Shown: piece after piece, positions 1-12,695 of the stretch
Layout of the letters: each line of letters starts with the position of its first letter
How positions within the stretch are numbered: the first letter of the stretch is position 1
NCBI RefSeq assembly: GCF_039654945.1
Contig: NW_027361671.1
Coordinates: 26,226,001-26,290,000, forward strand
Direction of reading: 5' to 3'
From: Dendrobates tinctorius
Taxonomy: Eukaryota
DNA: 64,000 nucleotides
Translations under genes and position numbers: made by a program
The notes under the pieces: model-generated
Told to the model about the DNA's origin: nothing
The model's input: the letters and a program-made list of their open reading frames with translations, nothing else
Database searches by the model: none

Positions 1-59
1 AACAACTTGGTTATATGCTCAGTCTTTTGAGCTTTGAAAAATGCCTGGTGGGAGAATAG

Positions 60-510
60 AAAGTGCATCTCCCTCTTTGAAAGTAAATATGCAAATGGTC
101 TCTTCAGAGAGGAAGAGGACTTGAAATCTAGTGCCACCCATTGGAAGTAACAATCCTACAAGGCAACATCGACCCTTTAACGAGCCTTGTAATATGACTT
201 AGGATAAAAGCCAAAACAGAATCTCAATTTGCAGACATGGTGTTTCGGGGTGCTACCCCCCAAAAGCGCAATGCATGAGATCTGATTTGGCTAGGAGAGA
301 GGGTTGAGACTGGGATCTAAGGGGTAACGTTTCTTCTTGTAAAGACTGGCAAGCAAGGCCTGGCATGTCAAGTTGCAGAATTAATTTCTCAGAAGAGCAT
401 GCATGTTTTATAAGTCTCCTCACGCTAAGATGCCAGGCCTGTCTTGTCACTCTCCAGAAAGAGAAACGTTATCCTTTAGGTTCCTTAGTTATAAGGTTAT
501 ACTTGCCCTG
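60..510 (-). mobile_element. Degenerate hammerhead-bearing repeat monomer (retrozyme / amphibian satellite-2-like); boundaries approximate
   Basis: Minus strand 271-229 reads ttgcg-cttttgg-gggg-tagca-cccc-gaaac-accat-gtc-tgcaa, a type I hammerhead layout with a decayed CUGANGA box. Octamer ATGCAAAT near 89-96; imperfect inverted repeat at ~312-367 / ~430-484. Confidence 0.5.
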
Positions 511-1195
511 GTTTATACTGCTGAAGCTCTGCCCTGATTCAGCTTGCAAGATTCCCATTGCTCACCCCCGATTGACTTTACCCTCCATTTGCCTGCTAAT
601 TTTGCCTATGCCTCTGTCCACCTAGTTCACATCTCAATTATCTCCTGACCTTGTCCCTGTTTTCTGATTTTGTCTTCTATATGCCCATATTGATTTTTCC
701 CCAGCATGACGTTCAACCTCTACGAGCTCTCTTCTCCGGCCAGCAAACATTTCTTAGTAAGTACCCTTGAAGGCCAGACTTCCTTTGGGACCTGCTAAAT
801 GGAGTGGCTTGTGGAAAGTCTGTCCATGGAAGACCTAATAAAAGCTGGCAGGTCTCCATGCTCAGTGCACACCTACAAAACCCCTTGCTATGTAGCCCAG
901 GTACGTTAAAAAAAAATATACAGTATATATATATATATATGTGTTAGGTTAGTATTAATTTTGTTTATCTTTTCTCAACTCTTGAATGACAAGTTACTCC
1001 ATAGTGGGCAACTACTTTAGACACTGAACATGTACGGCACTTGTCAGGAGTGGGTGTATGGAGCAGGGTCAGGAGCCGAGCATGCATCATGCCTGGATGG
1101 CAAGACCGAGGGACTACTGAAGACCCTAATTCCTGCCATAATGGGCTCCTATGAAAACCAGCCTATGGCTAGTGCTCATAGGAAACTGAATATGA

Positions 1196-1558
1196 GGCTG
1201 TTTGCCCACGTAAGCGTTTTTTAAGTGTTTTTACCAGCAAAAATGCTTAAAAGTCGCTTAAAAGAAGCATCCCATTCATTTTAATGCATTTTGCACTTTT
1301 GGTGCATATTGATGTTTTTTTTCCACAAAAAAATGCATCGCGGTAAAAAACGCAGCATGCTCATTAATTTTGCGGAAAAGTCCGCGTTTTTAGCTATTTT
1401 CTATGAGACTGGGGACGAGCGGAAAAAAACGCATAAAAACACGTTTTTTCCCAAAAACGCGTGGAAAATGCGCAAAAAACGCTCAGAAAAAACTCACGTT
1501 TTCTGGGAAGGAGTCTGGTTTTCATGCAGAAATTTTCTGCATATGTGGGCACATAGCC
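1196..1558. mobile_element. PIF/Harbinger-type MITE
   Basis: Imperfect TIRs ggctgtttgcccac / gtgggcacatagcc; 3-bp TWA-like flanks (tga/tta); internal aaaaacgc repeats; no ORF. Confidence 0.72.
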
Positions 1559-1559
1559 T

Positions 1560-2085
1560 TACTATACACTGCAATACAGCTGCATTGCATTATATAGTAC
1601 AGACAATCAGATGATCACAGGTTCAAGTTCCCTACAGAGGTTAAAAAAAATTGTAATGTAAATGTAAAAATTAAAAGTAAAAACTCGAGTCAGACCGTTT
1701 TCCCCATTAAAACTACGGATATTAAAAATATAAAAAAAATTAATATATTTTAAATCACCATGTTTGGGCAAGTCTGATCTATTAAAATACAAAATTAATT
1801 AACATGATTTGTGAAAACTGTGAAGAAAAAAAAATGTAAACGGTAGATCAAAACATAATATCTACCCCAAATTGGAATCAATAAAAATGTTGGCTCACCT
1901 AGTAAAAAACAAGTTGACCAGCTCTAATGAACAAAAAATGAAATGGTAGATGTATCTTAAAAGTACAAAAACAATCCCTCATATGTCTAAGTCAAAATAA
2001 AAAAGGTATGGCTCTTCGAAAAAGTGGAGGAAAATACAAGAGCTCAAAAGCAAAAAAAAATCATCTGGTTCTAAAAGAGTTTTTC
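1560..2085. mobile_element. Degraded fragment of a non-autonomous piggyBac-type element
   Basis: Shares blocks with 26460-27276 and 57043-58304 (e.g. atggctct...ggag, terminal aatcatctggttctaaaagagtt resembling ggtccttaagggttaa). Confidence 0.4.
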
Positions 2086-2739
2086 AAGTTTGATGTAAAA
2101 TTGATGTTAATTGTCCCTCAAACTGAATTGAAATAAAAAAAAAAACTTGGCAATTAAATTACCCACACACCTGTAAAAATGTTTCAGTGAGGCAGGTAAT
2201 TGGCAGCAGCAGTCTTTAGATGCATGCAATATAGGTAGAATTTCCATGAAAAACCCAACAAGAGTATTTTTATTCTCCTCACTTCTCTTCTATAGAATCC
2301 TTCCTAGCAATAAGTGTGTAAGCACACAGCCAACAGATATGTATAAAGCCACATTATTTGTTAATGAAATTGTATACAGCAGATATTGCATTCACTTTGC
2401 ATTGCAAAACAATTTAATTGAATTGGTGTCATGTCTGATTTGTTTATTAACAGCAAACATAGAATTAGAAGAGTCGTAGTTATAAAGTTCGGTCACAGAG
2501 CTGTAGGGGCTAAATGTTAATACTCTCCTTCATAGCTGACAGTAAGCCTAAGATTTTATTAAAGAGCTTGTCCACTACTTTTAAACTGATGACCTATCAT
2601 TATTATATCCTAATCACATCAATAGGAGGCAGATATGCAGTACCTGGCCGCAGTCACTACCAGAAGATGGAGCAGCTCCGCGATCAGGAAGTTCTGGCCG
2701 GTGGCCGCCAACAATTAGAACAGCGACCGGCGGGGGAGC

Positions 2740-4691
2740 CCACCACTGCCCCCTCCAACTTCCCTAATCTCTGCCGAGGACTTTGCCTCACACTTCAAAA
2801 ATAAGATAGACCAAACACGGCAAGTCTTTATTGCTCAACCACAACAACCCCTTTATATACCAGACCAATGCCCAAACCCCATAACCTCCTTATCTAACAT
2901 CACTGAAGGGGATCTTGCTCATCTTCTCTCCAAATCACACCTCACCATTTGTGCACTTGACCCTATCCCCTGCCACCTCCTCCCCAACATCACCACCACT
3001 CTTATCCCATCCCTAACCCACCTCTTCAACCTATCACTAACTTCTGGTACCTTCCCTTCTGCTTTCAAACATGCCACAATCACGCCTATCCTTAAAAAGC
3101 CAACCCTCAATCCAACAGCCACGTCCAGCTATCGCTCAATATCGCAGCTCCCATTCGCTTCTAAACTCCTGGAGCAGCATGTCTACACTGAACTTTCCTC
3201 CCACCTCTCTTCTAACTTGCTCTTTGACAATCTACAATCTGGCTTCCACCGCCATCATTCCACTGAGACATACCTGACCAAAATTACCAACGACCTACAT
3301 ACAGGCAAAGCTAACGGACAATACTCTATACTCCTGCTTCTAGACCTGTCCTCTGCTTTCGACACAGTTGACCACTGCCTCCTACTACAGATCCTTTCCT
3401 CCTTTGGCATCGAAGACCTCGCCCTATCCTGGATCTCCTCATACCTTTCCAACTGCATATTCAGCGTCTCCCACTCCCACACTACCTCCTCATCCCACCC
3501 TCTCTCTGTTGGAGTCCCCAAAGGCTCTGTTCTAGGACCCCTACTCTTCAAAATCTACACATTTGGCCTGGGGCAACTCAAAGTCCCACGGATTCCAGTA
3601 CCACCTTTATGCCGATGATACTCAGATCTACCTCTCTGGCCCAGACATCACCTCTCTGCTTTCCAGAATCCCAGAGTGTCTATCAGCCTCCTTCTCCTCT
3701 CGATTCCTCAAACTCAATGTGGACACATCAGAACTAATCATTTTCCCCCATCTCACAGACCTTCCTTACCCGACCATACTATAACAATTGACAACATCAC
3801 GCTTTCCCCCGTACCGGAGGTCCGCTGCCTCAGAGTAACCCTTGACTCTGCCCTGTCCTTCAAACCGCACATCCAAGCTCTCTCCACCTCCTGTCGCCTC
3901 CAGCTCAAAAATATTTCCAGAATCCGTCCCTTCCTCACCCCTCAATCTACTAAAATGCTTGTACATGCCTTCATCATCTCCCGCCTCGACTATTGCAACA
4001 TCCTTTTCTGTGGCCTCCCTGCTAACACCCTTGCACCTCTCCAGTCCAACTTCTACTCTGCCGCCTGACTAATTCATCTCTCTCCTCGCTATTCCTCCGC
4101 TTCTCCCCTCTGCAAATCTCTTCACTGGCTCCCTTTCCCTCAGTGTATCCAATTCAAATTACTAATACTGACCTACAAGGCCATCTACAACCTGTCTCCT
4201 CCATACATCTCTGAACTAATCTCCCGATACCTTCCCTCACGTAATCTCTGGGCCTCCAAAGACCTCTTTCTCTCCTCCACACTTATTCACTCCTCACCCA
4301 ACCACCTCCAGGACTTCTCCCGAATAGCCCCCATCCTCTAGAATTCCCTGCTCCAACACTTTCGGCTATCAACCACACTCGGATCCTTCAGACGGAACCT
4401 GAAAACCCACCTCTTCAGGAAAGCCTACAGCCTGCAATGATCCCCGCTGCCTCCTCATCACTACTGGAGCTACCGCCTCACCATCACTGGAGCTGCTGCA
4501 ACCCCCCAAACTACTGTCTCCTTCCCCACCATCCTCTAGCATGTAAGCCCGAAAGGGCAGGGTCCTCTCTCCCCTCTATATCAGTCTGTGATTGTTAGTT
4601 TGTTTACTGTAAGTGATATCTGTAATTTGTATGTAACCCCTTCTCATGTACAGCACCATGGAACCAATGGTGCTTTATAAATAAATAATAA
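2740..4691 (+). mobile_element. 5'-truncated L2-clade LINE (RT pseudogene plus 3' tail)
   Basis: Frameshifted RT motifs in ORFs 3217-3618 (LQSGF, LLLLDLSSAFDTVDH, GVPKGSVLGPLLF), 3563-3784 (YADDTQIY) and 3676-4068 (SRLDYCN). L2-type tail tgtacagcaccatggaaccaatggtgctttataaataaataataa. Confidence 0.92.
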
Positions 4692-4784
4692 GTGAGTACC
4701 TACTATCATATATTATTATATTGCATTATAGTGGCTGATGCTAGCAGTCTAGTGTATATGACAGGTGTCCAGATTTCATACACA

Positions 4785-6367
4785 CAGCGGGTGAAAAAAG
4801 TATTGATCACATCACCAGTCTTCAAAGTAAATATATTTCTAAAGGTTCTATCGACATGAATTTCTCACCAGATGTCGGCCACAGCATATTCAATCCACAC
4901 AGGCAAGGAAATCAAGCCATAGATGTCCATAAATTAAGCTATGTATAATAGTGAGAAAAGACACAGGGACAAAGTATTGAACACACAAAGAAAGTCTGGT
5001 GCAAACAGCCATGGGAAGTCATGACACCAGCTGAAATCTATCAGTAATTAGAAAGCAATCCTACAACTTAATGAAAAAAAATATGAGCTGGTTCAACTGA
5101 TGTTTTATAAAAAGATCTCTCTTTACCAAGAGGCTACACAGGAAACATCTCATTATGGGTAACACTAATTATCTGTCTCAAGACCTTTGCAACCTTATTG
5201 TTGCAAAATATACTGATAGCATTGGTTACTGAAGAATTTCCAGTGAGCACTGTTGGAGCCATAATCTGGAAGTGGAAATAACATCATTTCATTAGAAACT
5301 AGTTACGAGCAGGTGCTTCCCTCAAGATTTCAGACAGGGAAATGAAAAGAATTATTAGAAGAGCTGTCCAAGAGCCAAGGACCACCTGTGGAGAGCTACA
5401 GAAAGACAGAATCAGCTGTTACAATTGTTTCAAAGATAACTATAAGTAATGCACTCAACATCAAGAGCCTGTACGAATGCTTACCATGCAAGACTCTATT
5501 GCTGAATAAAAAGCATGTTCAAGCGTGTTTTAAGTTTGCACAACAACATTTAGGCAAGCTTATAAATACTGGGAAAATATAGTCTGGTCAGTTGAGACCA
5601 AAATTGAAATCTTTGGATGCCATAATGCACATTGTGTTTGGATGTTAAAATGCACTGCACATTACCCAAAAATCACCATGCCAAAAGTGAAATTTGGAGG
5701 TGAAAACATAATGGTGTGGGGCTTTTTCATCATACAAGCATATGGCACTGGCAAACCTCATATAACTGAAGGAAGGATGAATGGACAAATGTACTGAGAC
5801 ATTCTTGATAAAAATCTGCTGCCATCTACTAGGATGATGAAGATGAAATGAGGGTGAACATATCAGCAAGACAATGATTCCAAACATAGAGCAAGGAAAT
5901 TGTCAAATGTTTTCAGAGAAAGAAAATAAAGCTGCCAGAATGGCCCAGCCAATCACCTGACCTGAATACAATAGAAATTTTGTGAAAGAAACTAAAACTC
6001 AGAGATCATAGAATCTTCAGGATTTGAAGAGTGTTTATGGGAAAAATGGGACAAAAAAATCACACCTGAGCAATGCATGTGACTAGTTTCTCCATTCAGG
6101 AGGCGTCTTGAAGCTGTCATCACCAACAAAGGCTTTTGTATAAAGTATTAATTAAATTTCAGTAGGAGTGATCAATACTTTTTCCTTGTGTCACATCTCA
6201 TAATTACACACAAAGTAATTTATGAACCTCTATGGATTCATTTCTTTATCTGTGTGGATTGGATGGATTTTTACTGACAACTCGTGAAAATTTCATGTCA
6301 ATAGCACATTTAGAAATATATTTACTTGGAAAAATGGTGACGAGTTCAATACTTATTTCACCCACTG
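4785..6367 (+). mobile_element. Degenerate Tc1 transposon (ZB-like)
   Basis: TIR ends cagcgggtgaaaaaagtattga / tcaatacttatttcacccactg with ~200-bp inverted ends. Broken transposase ~5155-6151 (LLNKKHVQACFKFAQQHL; WPSQSPDLN-like; C-terminal ITNKGF..KY). Confidence 0.9.
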
Positions 6368-6403
6368 TATATATGAAATCTGGACACCTGTCATATACCC
6401 GAG

Positions 6404-7339
6404 TGTGGTAGCATCTGCCACTATATCACAATCTAATGCTAATTTCAACCCACTTTTGCCTGACCCTTCAGTAAGTGTGAATCCAATTTAATATAATGTA
6501 AGAAATAAAACAAGTTTAAAACACGAATAAGCACCTGTTGGTGAATATAATGCATATATATTGTAAGGTAGCGCTTGTTATTCAGGTAGTGGACAATCGC
6601 TAGGCAATCAAATAACCAGGTCCGGTACGGGTTTCTCATATAACTCCAACAGTCCATGTGGTTTATTAAGCATCATAAACCATGAACAGCAACAGAAAGT
6701 TCATATCAACAGCATAGCGTCCATGACAGAGCTTCACTCTGTTAACCCTGTAGTCACACAGGTTATGCAATGTCCAATACGCAGGCTCTCTAGCCTCACA
6801 GTTATCTCACCCTGTGGTTGGGTTAGCTCATGGTTGCTTCACCACACTGCAGACATCCATTCCCTCCCCTGGGAACTCTCAGGCACTTGCAGCCATTAAA
6901 CACAGCGTCCACATGCTGTCAGGAAGGCAGCCACGTCAGCCCAGATGAGACCTTCCATACGGACCAACCGGGTCCAAGTATTCACTCATGTGACCTACCC
7001 TGGCCACCAGGGCCGCAGTCACGCCCACCGGGTCACATGGCTATGACCTCATCACAGGTCCTACAAGCATTCATACATTCTTTACTATGGCATTATAGAC
7101 ACACCTCTGGTTGGATTTGTAGGTAGTTGGTTCTGCCCGTCTCATCAGCTACCTGAAACGCTCTCCCTGACAGTGTAACAGAAGCTCAGCAGTACCTCTA
7201 CTGATCAACACACAAATTCAAGATTACATCCCAAGGCCACCTACCTTGGGATACATAACAATCATTCAGCACCCTACCACTCATCCTCTCTCCTGGGACA
7301 CCCACACAGTGCCCCCTAGTGGACACAGTGGTCACTACA
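6404..7339 (-). mobile_element. Putative solo LTR
   Basis: Minus strand starts tgtagtg and ends ...ctaccaca (TG...CA) with an internal AATAAA (plus tttatt ~6662). No convincing TSD. Confidence 0.42.
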
Positions 7340-7351
7340 TCACTATATATA

Positions 7352-8957
7352 CAGTGGGGAAAAAAAGTATTTAGTCAGTCAGCAATAGTGCAAGTTCCAC
7401 CACTTAAAAAGATGAGAGGCGTCTGTAATTTACATCATAGGTAGACCTCAACTATGGGAGACAAACTGAGAAAAAAAAATCCAGAAAATCACATTGTCTG
7501 TTTTTTTTTCATTTTATTTGCATATTATGGTGGAAAATAAGTATTTGGTCAGAAACAAGCAATCAAGATTTCTGGCTCTCACAGACCTGTAACTTCTTCT
7601 TTAAGAGTCTCCTCTTTCCTCCACTCATTACCTGTAGTAATGGCACCTGTTTAAACTTGTTATCAGTATAAAAAGACACCTGTGCACACCCTCAAACAGT
7701 CTGACTCCAAACTCCACTATGGTGAATACCAAAGAGCTGTCAGAGGACACCAGAAACAAAATTGTAGCCCTGCACCAGGCTGGGAAGACTGAATCTGCAA
7801 TAGCCAACCAGCTTGGAGTGAAGAAATCAACTGTGGGAGCAATAATTAGAAAATGGAAGACATACAAGACCACTGATAATCTCCCTCGATCTGGTGCTCC
7901 ACGCAAAATCCCACCCCGTGGGGTCAGAATGATCACAAGAACGGTGAGCAAAAATCCCAGAACCACGCGGGGGGACCTAGTGAATGAACTGCAGAGAGCT
8001 GGGACCAATGTAACAAGGCCTACCATAAGTAACACACTACGCCACCATGGACTCAGATCCTGCAGTGCCAGACGTGTCCCACTGCTTAAACCTGTACATG
8101 TCCGGGCCTGTCTGAAGTTTGCTAGAGAGCATTTGGATGATCCAGAGGAGTTTTGGGAGAATGTCCTATGGTCTGATGAAACCAAACTGGAACTGTTTGG
8201 TAGAAACACAACTTGTCGTGTTTGGAGAAAAAAGAATACTGAGTTGCATCCATCAAACACCATACTTACTGTAAAGCATGGTGGTGGAAACATCATGCTT
8301 TGGGGCTGTTTCTCTGCAAAGGGGACAGGACGACTGATCCGGGTACATGAAAGAATGAATGGGGCCATGTATCGTGAGATTTTGAGTGCAAACCTCCTTC
8401 CATCAGCAAGGGCATTGATGATGAAACGTGGCTGGGTCTTTCAACATGACAATGATCCAAAGCACACCGCCAGGGCAATGAAGGAGTGGCTTCGTAAGAA
8501 GCATTTCAAGGTCCTGGAGTGGCCTAGCCAGTCTCCAGATCTCAACCCTATAGAAAACCTTTGGAGGGAGTTGAAAGTCCGTGTTGCCAAGCGAAAAGCC
8601 AAAAACATCACTGCTCTAGAGGAGATCTGCATGGAGGAATGGGCCAACATACCAACAACAGTGTGTGGCAACCTTGTGAAGACTTACAGAAAACGTTTGA
8701 CCTCTGTCATTGCCAACAAAGGATATATCACAAAGTATTGAGATGAAATTTTGTTTCTGACCAAATACTTATTTTCCACCATAATATGCAAATAAAATGA
8801 AAAAAAAACAGACAATGTGATTTTCTGGATTTTTTTTCCTCAGTTTGTCTCCCATAGTTGAGGTCTACCTATGATGTAAATTACAGACGCCTCTCATCTT
8901 TTTAAGTGGTGGAACTTGCACTATTGCTGACTGACTAAATACTTTTTTTCCCCACTG
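7352..8957 (+). mobile_element. Full-length Tc1 transposon with IR/DR-type TIRs
   Basis: 207-bp TIRs at 7352-7558 and 8751-8957 differing at about one position; TA on both sides; single uninterrupted transposase ORF. Confidence 0.97.
7719..8741 (+). CDS. Tc1 transposase, DD34E, 340 aa, uninterrupted
   Basis: Paired-like HTH N-terminus, GAPRK linker, [30 protein letters not shown]; 34 residues between the second D and E. Confidence 0.95.
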   Translation: MVNTKELSEDTRNKIVALHQAGKTESAIANQLGVKKSTVGAIIRKWKTYKTTDNLPRSGAPRKIPPRGVRMITRTVSKNPRTTRGDLVNELQRAGTNVTRPTISNTLRHHGLRSCSARRVPLLKPVHVRACLKFAREHLDDPEEFWENVLWSDETKLELFGRNTTCRVWRKKNTELHPSNTILTVKHGGGNIMLWGCFSAKGTGRLIRVHERMNGAMYREILSANLLPSARALMMKRGWVFQHDNDPKHTARAMKEWLRKKHFKVLEWPSQSPDLNPIENLWRELKVRVAKRKAKNITALEEICMEEWANIPTTVCGNLVKTYRKRLTSVIANKGYITKY

Positions 8958-9182
8958 TATATATTATATATACATTGTATATATACACATTTTCATGCTA
9001 CACCCACAAACTTAAATGTATTTTATTGGGATTTTATCAACACAAATTAGCAAGTATTTGTAGTCTAAAACCCCTAAATAAAATCTGGAATGACCACATG
9101 TGTGAACTTTATTCTCAGTACAACTGCAATTCTGTGAAGGCCTCAGAGGATTGTTTGAGAACATTAGGAATCAAACAGCATC

Positions 9183-10183
9183 ATGAAAACCAAACACACT
9201 AGGCAGGTCAGAGATATAAGTTGAGGAAAAAAGTAAAGCAGGGTAAGGTTATTAAAAAAAATTGCCCAAGCTCTGAACAACTCACAGACGACTGTACAAT
9301 CCATCATCCAAAAATGGAAGGAGTATGGCACAACTTCAAACCTAGGAAAACATGGCCATCTATCTAAATTGACCTCCAAAGCAAGGAAAACAATAATTAG
9401 AGAAGCAACCAACAGGTCCATGGTCACTCTGGAGCAGCTCCAGAAATCCACAGCTAAGGTGAGAGAATCTGTCCACAGGACAACTATAATTTGTATACTC
9501 CACAAATCCTGGCAAAAAGAAACATATTTTTGAAAGCAAGCCATAAGAAATCCTTTTTGCAGTTTGCAAAAAGCCATATAGGGGACATGGCTAGTACGTG
9601 GTTGAAGGCGCTCTGGTCAAATGACACCAAAGTAGAACTTATTGGGCTAAATAGAAAACATTGTGTGTGAGAAAACTAACACTGCACATCACACTGAAAT
9701 CACCATTCTCTCCATCAAACATGGTGGTGGCAGCATCATGCTGCGGGTATATTTTTTTCAGCAGGGACGGGGAAGCTGGTCAGAGTTGATGGGAAGATGA
9801 ATGGAGCGAAATACACGGCAGTCCAGAGGAAAACCTTTTAGAGGCTGCAAAAGACTGGAGACTGGAGTGTAGGTTCACCTTCCAGCAGGACAATGACCCT
9901 AAACACACTGCCAGAGCTACAATGGAGTGATTTAGATCAAAGCATATTCATGTGTGTGAATGGCCCAGTCACCGTCCTGACCTAAATCCCATTGAGAATC
10001 TGTGTCAAGACTTGAAAACTGCTGTTCACAAATGCCTCCATTCAATGTCGCTGAGCTAGAGCTGGTTTGCAAAGAAGAATGGGCAAACATTTCAGCCTCT
10101 ACATCTACAATGCTGGTAGAGAGACATACCCCAAATGACTTACAACAGTAATTGCTGTGAAAGGTGGTTCTACAAAGTATTGA
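9183..10183 (+). pseudogene. Degenerate Tc1 transposase (Passport-like)
   Basis: Recognisable but frameshifted motifs: [56 protein letters not shown]. TIRs largely lost. Confidence 0.85.
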
Positions 10184-10706
10184 ATCACAGGGGCTGAATT
10201 CAAATGCACATTAGAGTGACAATGCGTTCTATAGAAAAAATAAAATTTAGTTTTTTTTAAAGTTTTACCCCCTAAAATGGTTACGCATAATGATCTGTAA
10301 TATCCTTTAAAAAAATGTTTCCTTTGATTGTATTTAAAGGTATCTGAATGTCAGCCCTTGACCACTTAATACCCATTAAAATAGGATTTGGGGACTTTTA
10401 ATATAGAGCAGCAATAAGGGCCACACCGCTCCTTGATATTCTCTCTAATTTACTTATTTGTAATTTGTAATGAATATTTAATATTAGTTTATATTTCCTG
10501 TTTCAAAGTAAAGATTTCAGACAACATTCTTTATTATGATGGGTATATGGCAGTAGGGGAGTATATCAACACACTCACTATAGTATACATGTACACATAT
10601 TCACAGATTTAGTGAAAAAAAATCATTAAGGGTACAGCTTCTTTAAAAAGCCCTGGAATATGACTAATGGCTAAGATTAAGTGTAGTATCTGTTGTTATC
10701 AGTTTA

Positions 10707-12695
10707 CCGTATTTTTCAGACTATAAGACGCACCGGACTATAAGACGCACCCAAGTATTAGAGGTGGAAAATAGGGAAAAAAATATTTGAAGCAAAAAAT
10801 GTGGTAAAATATTTAACGAAATAAATAACATACTATTATATGTCGCATTATTATGTATAATAGTATGTTATTATGTTGGAAGCTACAAGTAGGATATGGT
10901 GCTGCGGCACCAGTGTGGAGTCGGAAAAGTACTATATGAAGATGCTGGAGGGCGAGTATAAGAATGGGGGCACAGGGCTTATATTTAAAGCACCACTCCA
11001 GCACTGAAAAATAACACAGGAGTGCTGCTTTAAGATCCCATGGGAGAACTACAGTTAGGTCCATATATATTTAGACAGAGACAACATTTTTCTAATTTTG
11101 GTACTAGACATTACCACAATGAATTTTAAACAAAACAATTCAGATGCAGTTGAAGTTCAGACTTTCAGCTTTCATTTGAGGGTATCCACATTAAAATTGG
11201 ATGAAGGGTTTAGGAGTTTCAGCTCCTTAATATGTGCCACCCTGTTTTTAAAGGGACCAAAAGTAATTGGACAATTGACTCCAAGGCTATTTCATGGACA
11301 GGTGTGGGCAATCCCTTCGTTATGTCATTCTCAATTAAGCAGATAAAAGGCCTGGAGTTGATTTGAGGTGTGGTGCTTGCATTTGGAAGGTTTTGCTGTG
11401 AAGGAAACATTCGGTCAAAGGAGCTCTCCATGCAGGTGAAACAAGCCATCCTTAAGCTGCAAAAACAGAAAAAACCCATCCGAGAAATTGCTACAACATT
11501 AGGAGCGGCAAAATCTACACTTTGGTACATCCTGAGAAAGAAAGCACAGGTGATCTCATCAATGCAAAATGACCTGGGCGCCCATCTGAATTGTTTTGTT
11601 TAAAATTCATGGTGGTAATGTCGAGAATCAAAATTAGAAAAATGTTGTCTTTGTCCAAATATATATGGACCTAACTGTATAACTCCCAGCATGCCCTGCA
11701 GATCATATGGCATGCTCGGAGTTATACGGTATCAAAAAATCTTTATTAAATATTTTAGACATATATAGTACAAAAAATACCTCAAAGAAATAAAGGAAAA
11801 ATGACCCTAGTAAAACAAGTGGGTCCAAAACATCAATGCATGTACATAGTGACTATCATCAAGGTAATAAAAAAGGCACTTTAAATCATAAAGGTATCAG
11901 TGCACCTTATCAGCCATAATAATTTCAGGAAAAAAACTTTAAAGCCAATTCAAATCAATAATTATGCTGACCCAAATGCACATATTATCAAAAGAAATGA
12001 AAGACAGATTTGTCAAAGACGCCGATCATGAAAAAAAGTCCCTGGGGCTGCCATAGTGAGTGACATTGCACACCAAACTGCCTTTAATTGCTTTAATGCT
12101 CACCCCATGATGTGAGTGGAAAGATGCCCAGGAGCCAAGCACACCCCTATGACACGTGGTGTCTGCAGGACCTGTGATGACAACATGAAGAGGGAGGGCT
12201 CTGTGCTGTCATGTGATGCTCCAGCTCGCCCTCTTCATGACCTCACCACAGGTCCTATATGGGGAGCACTCGCCATCAGTAGAAGCCCTGCTGTGCTGTC
12301 AGGTATTAGATCCCTCGTGTGGCACCCTGCTCCTGCCTTCTCCTCCACCGGACACACGATCTACCCGGCCACTGCAGGAATCAGGTGCTGGGGAAACCAT
12401 GTGGGTCCGCTGTTTAAGTGAAGAAATATTCATTTGCTGCTCCACATTCACTGCTGAGCGCTGACAGGTGGGCGAGGAAGCGGCTAACGAATATTCACTT
12501 CACTTTAAGCAGCGGGACCACGTGGTTTACCCAGCGCTGGAATCCTGCAGGGGAGACATTTTCCTGCTTCCTGCGAGTGTGATCCCACTTGCCTTTTCCC
12601 CCTCACCACATTACATTTGGACCGATATACGCACCCCACACTTTCCTCCCAAATTTGGAGGAAAAAAAGTGTATCTTATGGTCCGAAAAATTCGA
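10707..12695. mobile_element. Non-autonomous Tc1/mariner-superfamily element hosting nested insertions
   Basis: TA then ccgtatttttcagactataagacgcac (duplicated motif) at left; degenerate complement gtatcttatggtccgaaaaattcg at right. Confidence 0.68.
11052..11677 (+). mobile_element. Internally deleted Tc1 element
   Basis: TIRs cagttaggtccatatatattt / aaatatatatggacctaactg with TA TSD. Retains only the N-terminal HTH (MQVKQAILKLQKQKKPIREIATTLG). Same family as 55085-55521. Confidence 0.87.

Noticed and set aside
2620-2740. GC-rich stretch abutting the L2 5' truncation (exon or inverted L2 5' piece)
   Set aside because: Too short, with no TSD or motif to decide.
7628-8368. 246-aa minus-strand ORF
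   Set aside because: Antisense shadow of the Tc1 transposase with no independent motifs; the same applies to antisense ORFs over the L2, Gypsy and DIRS elements.
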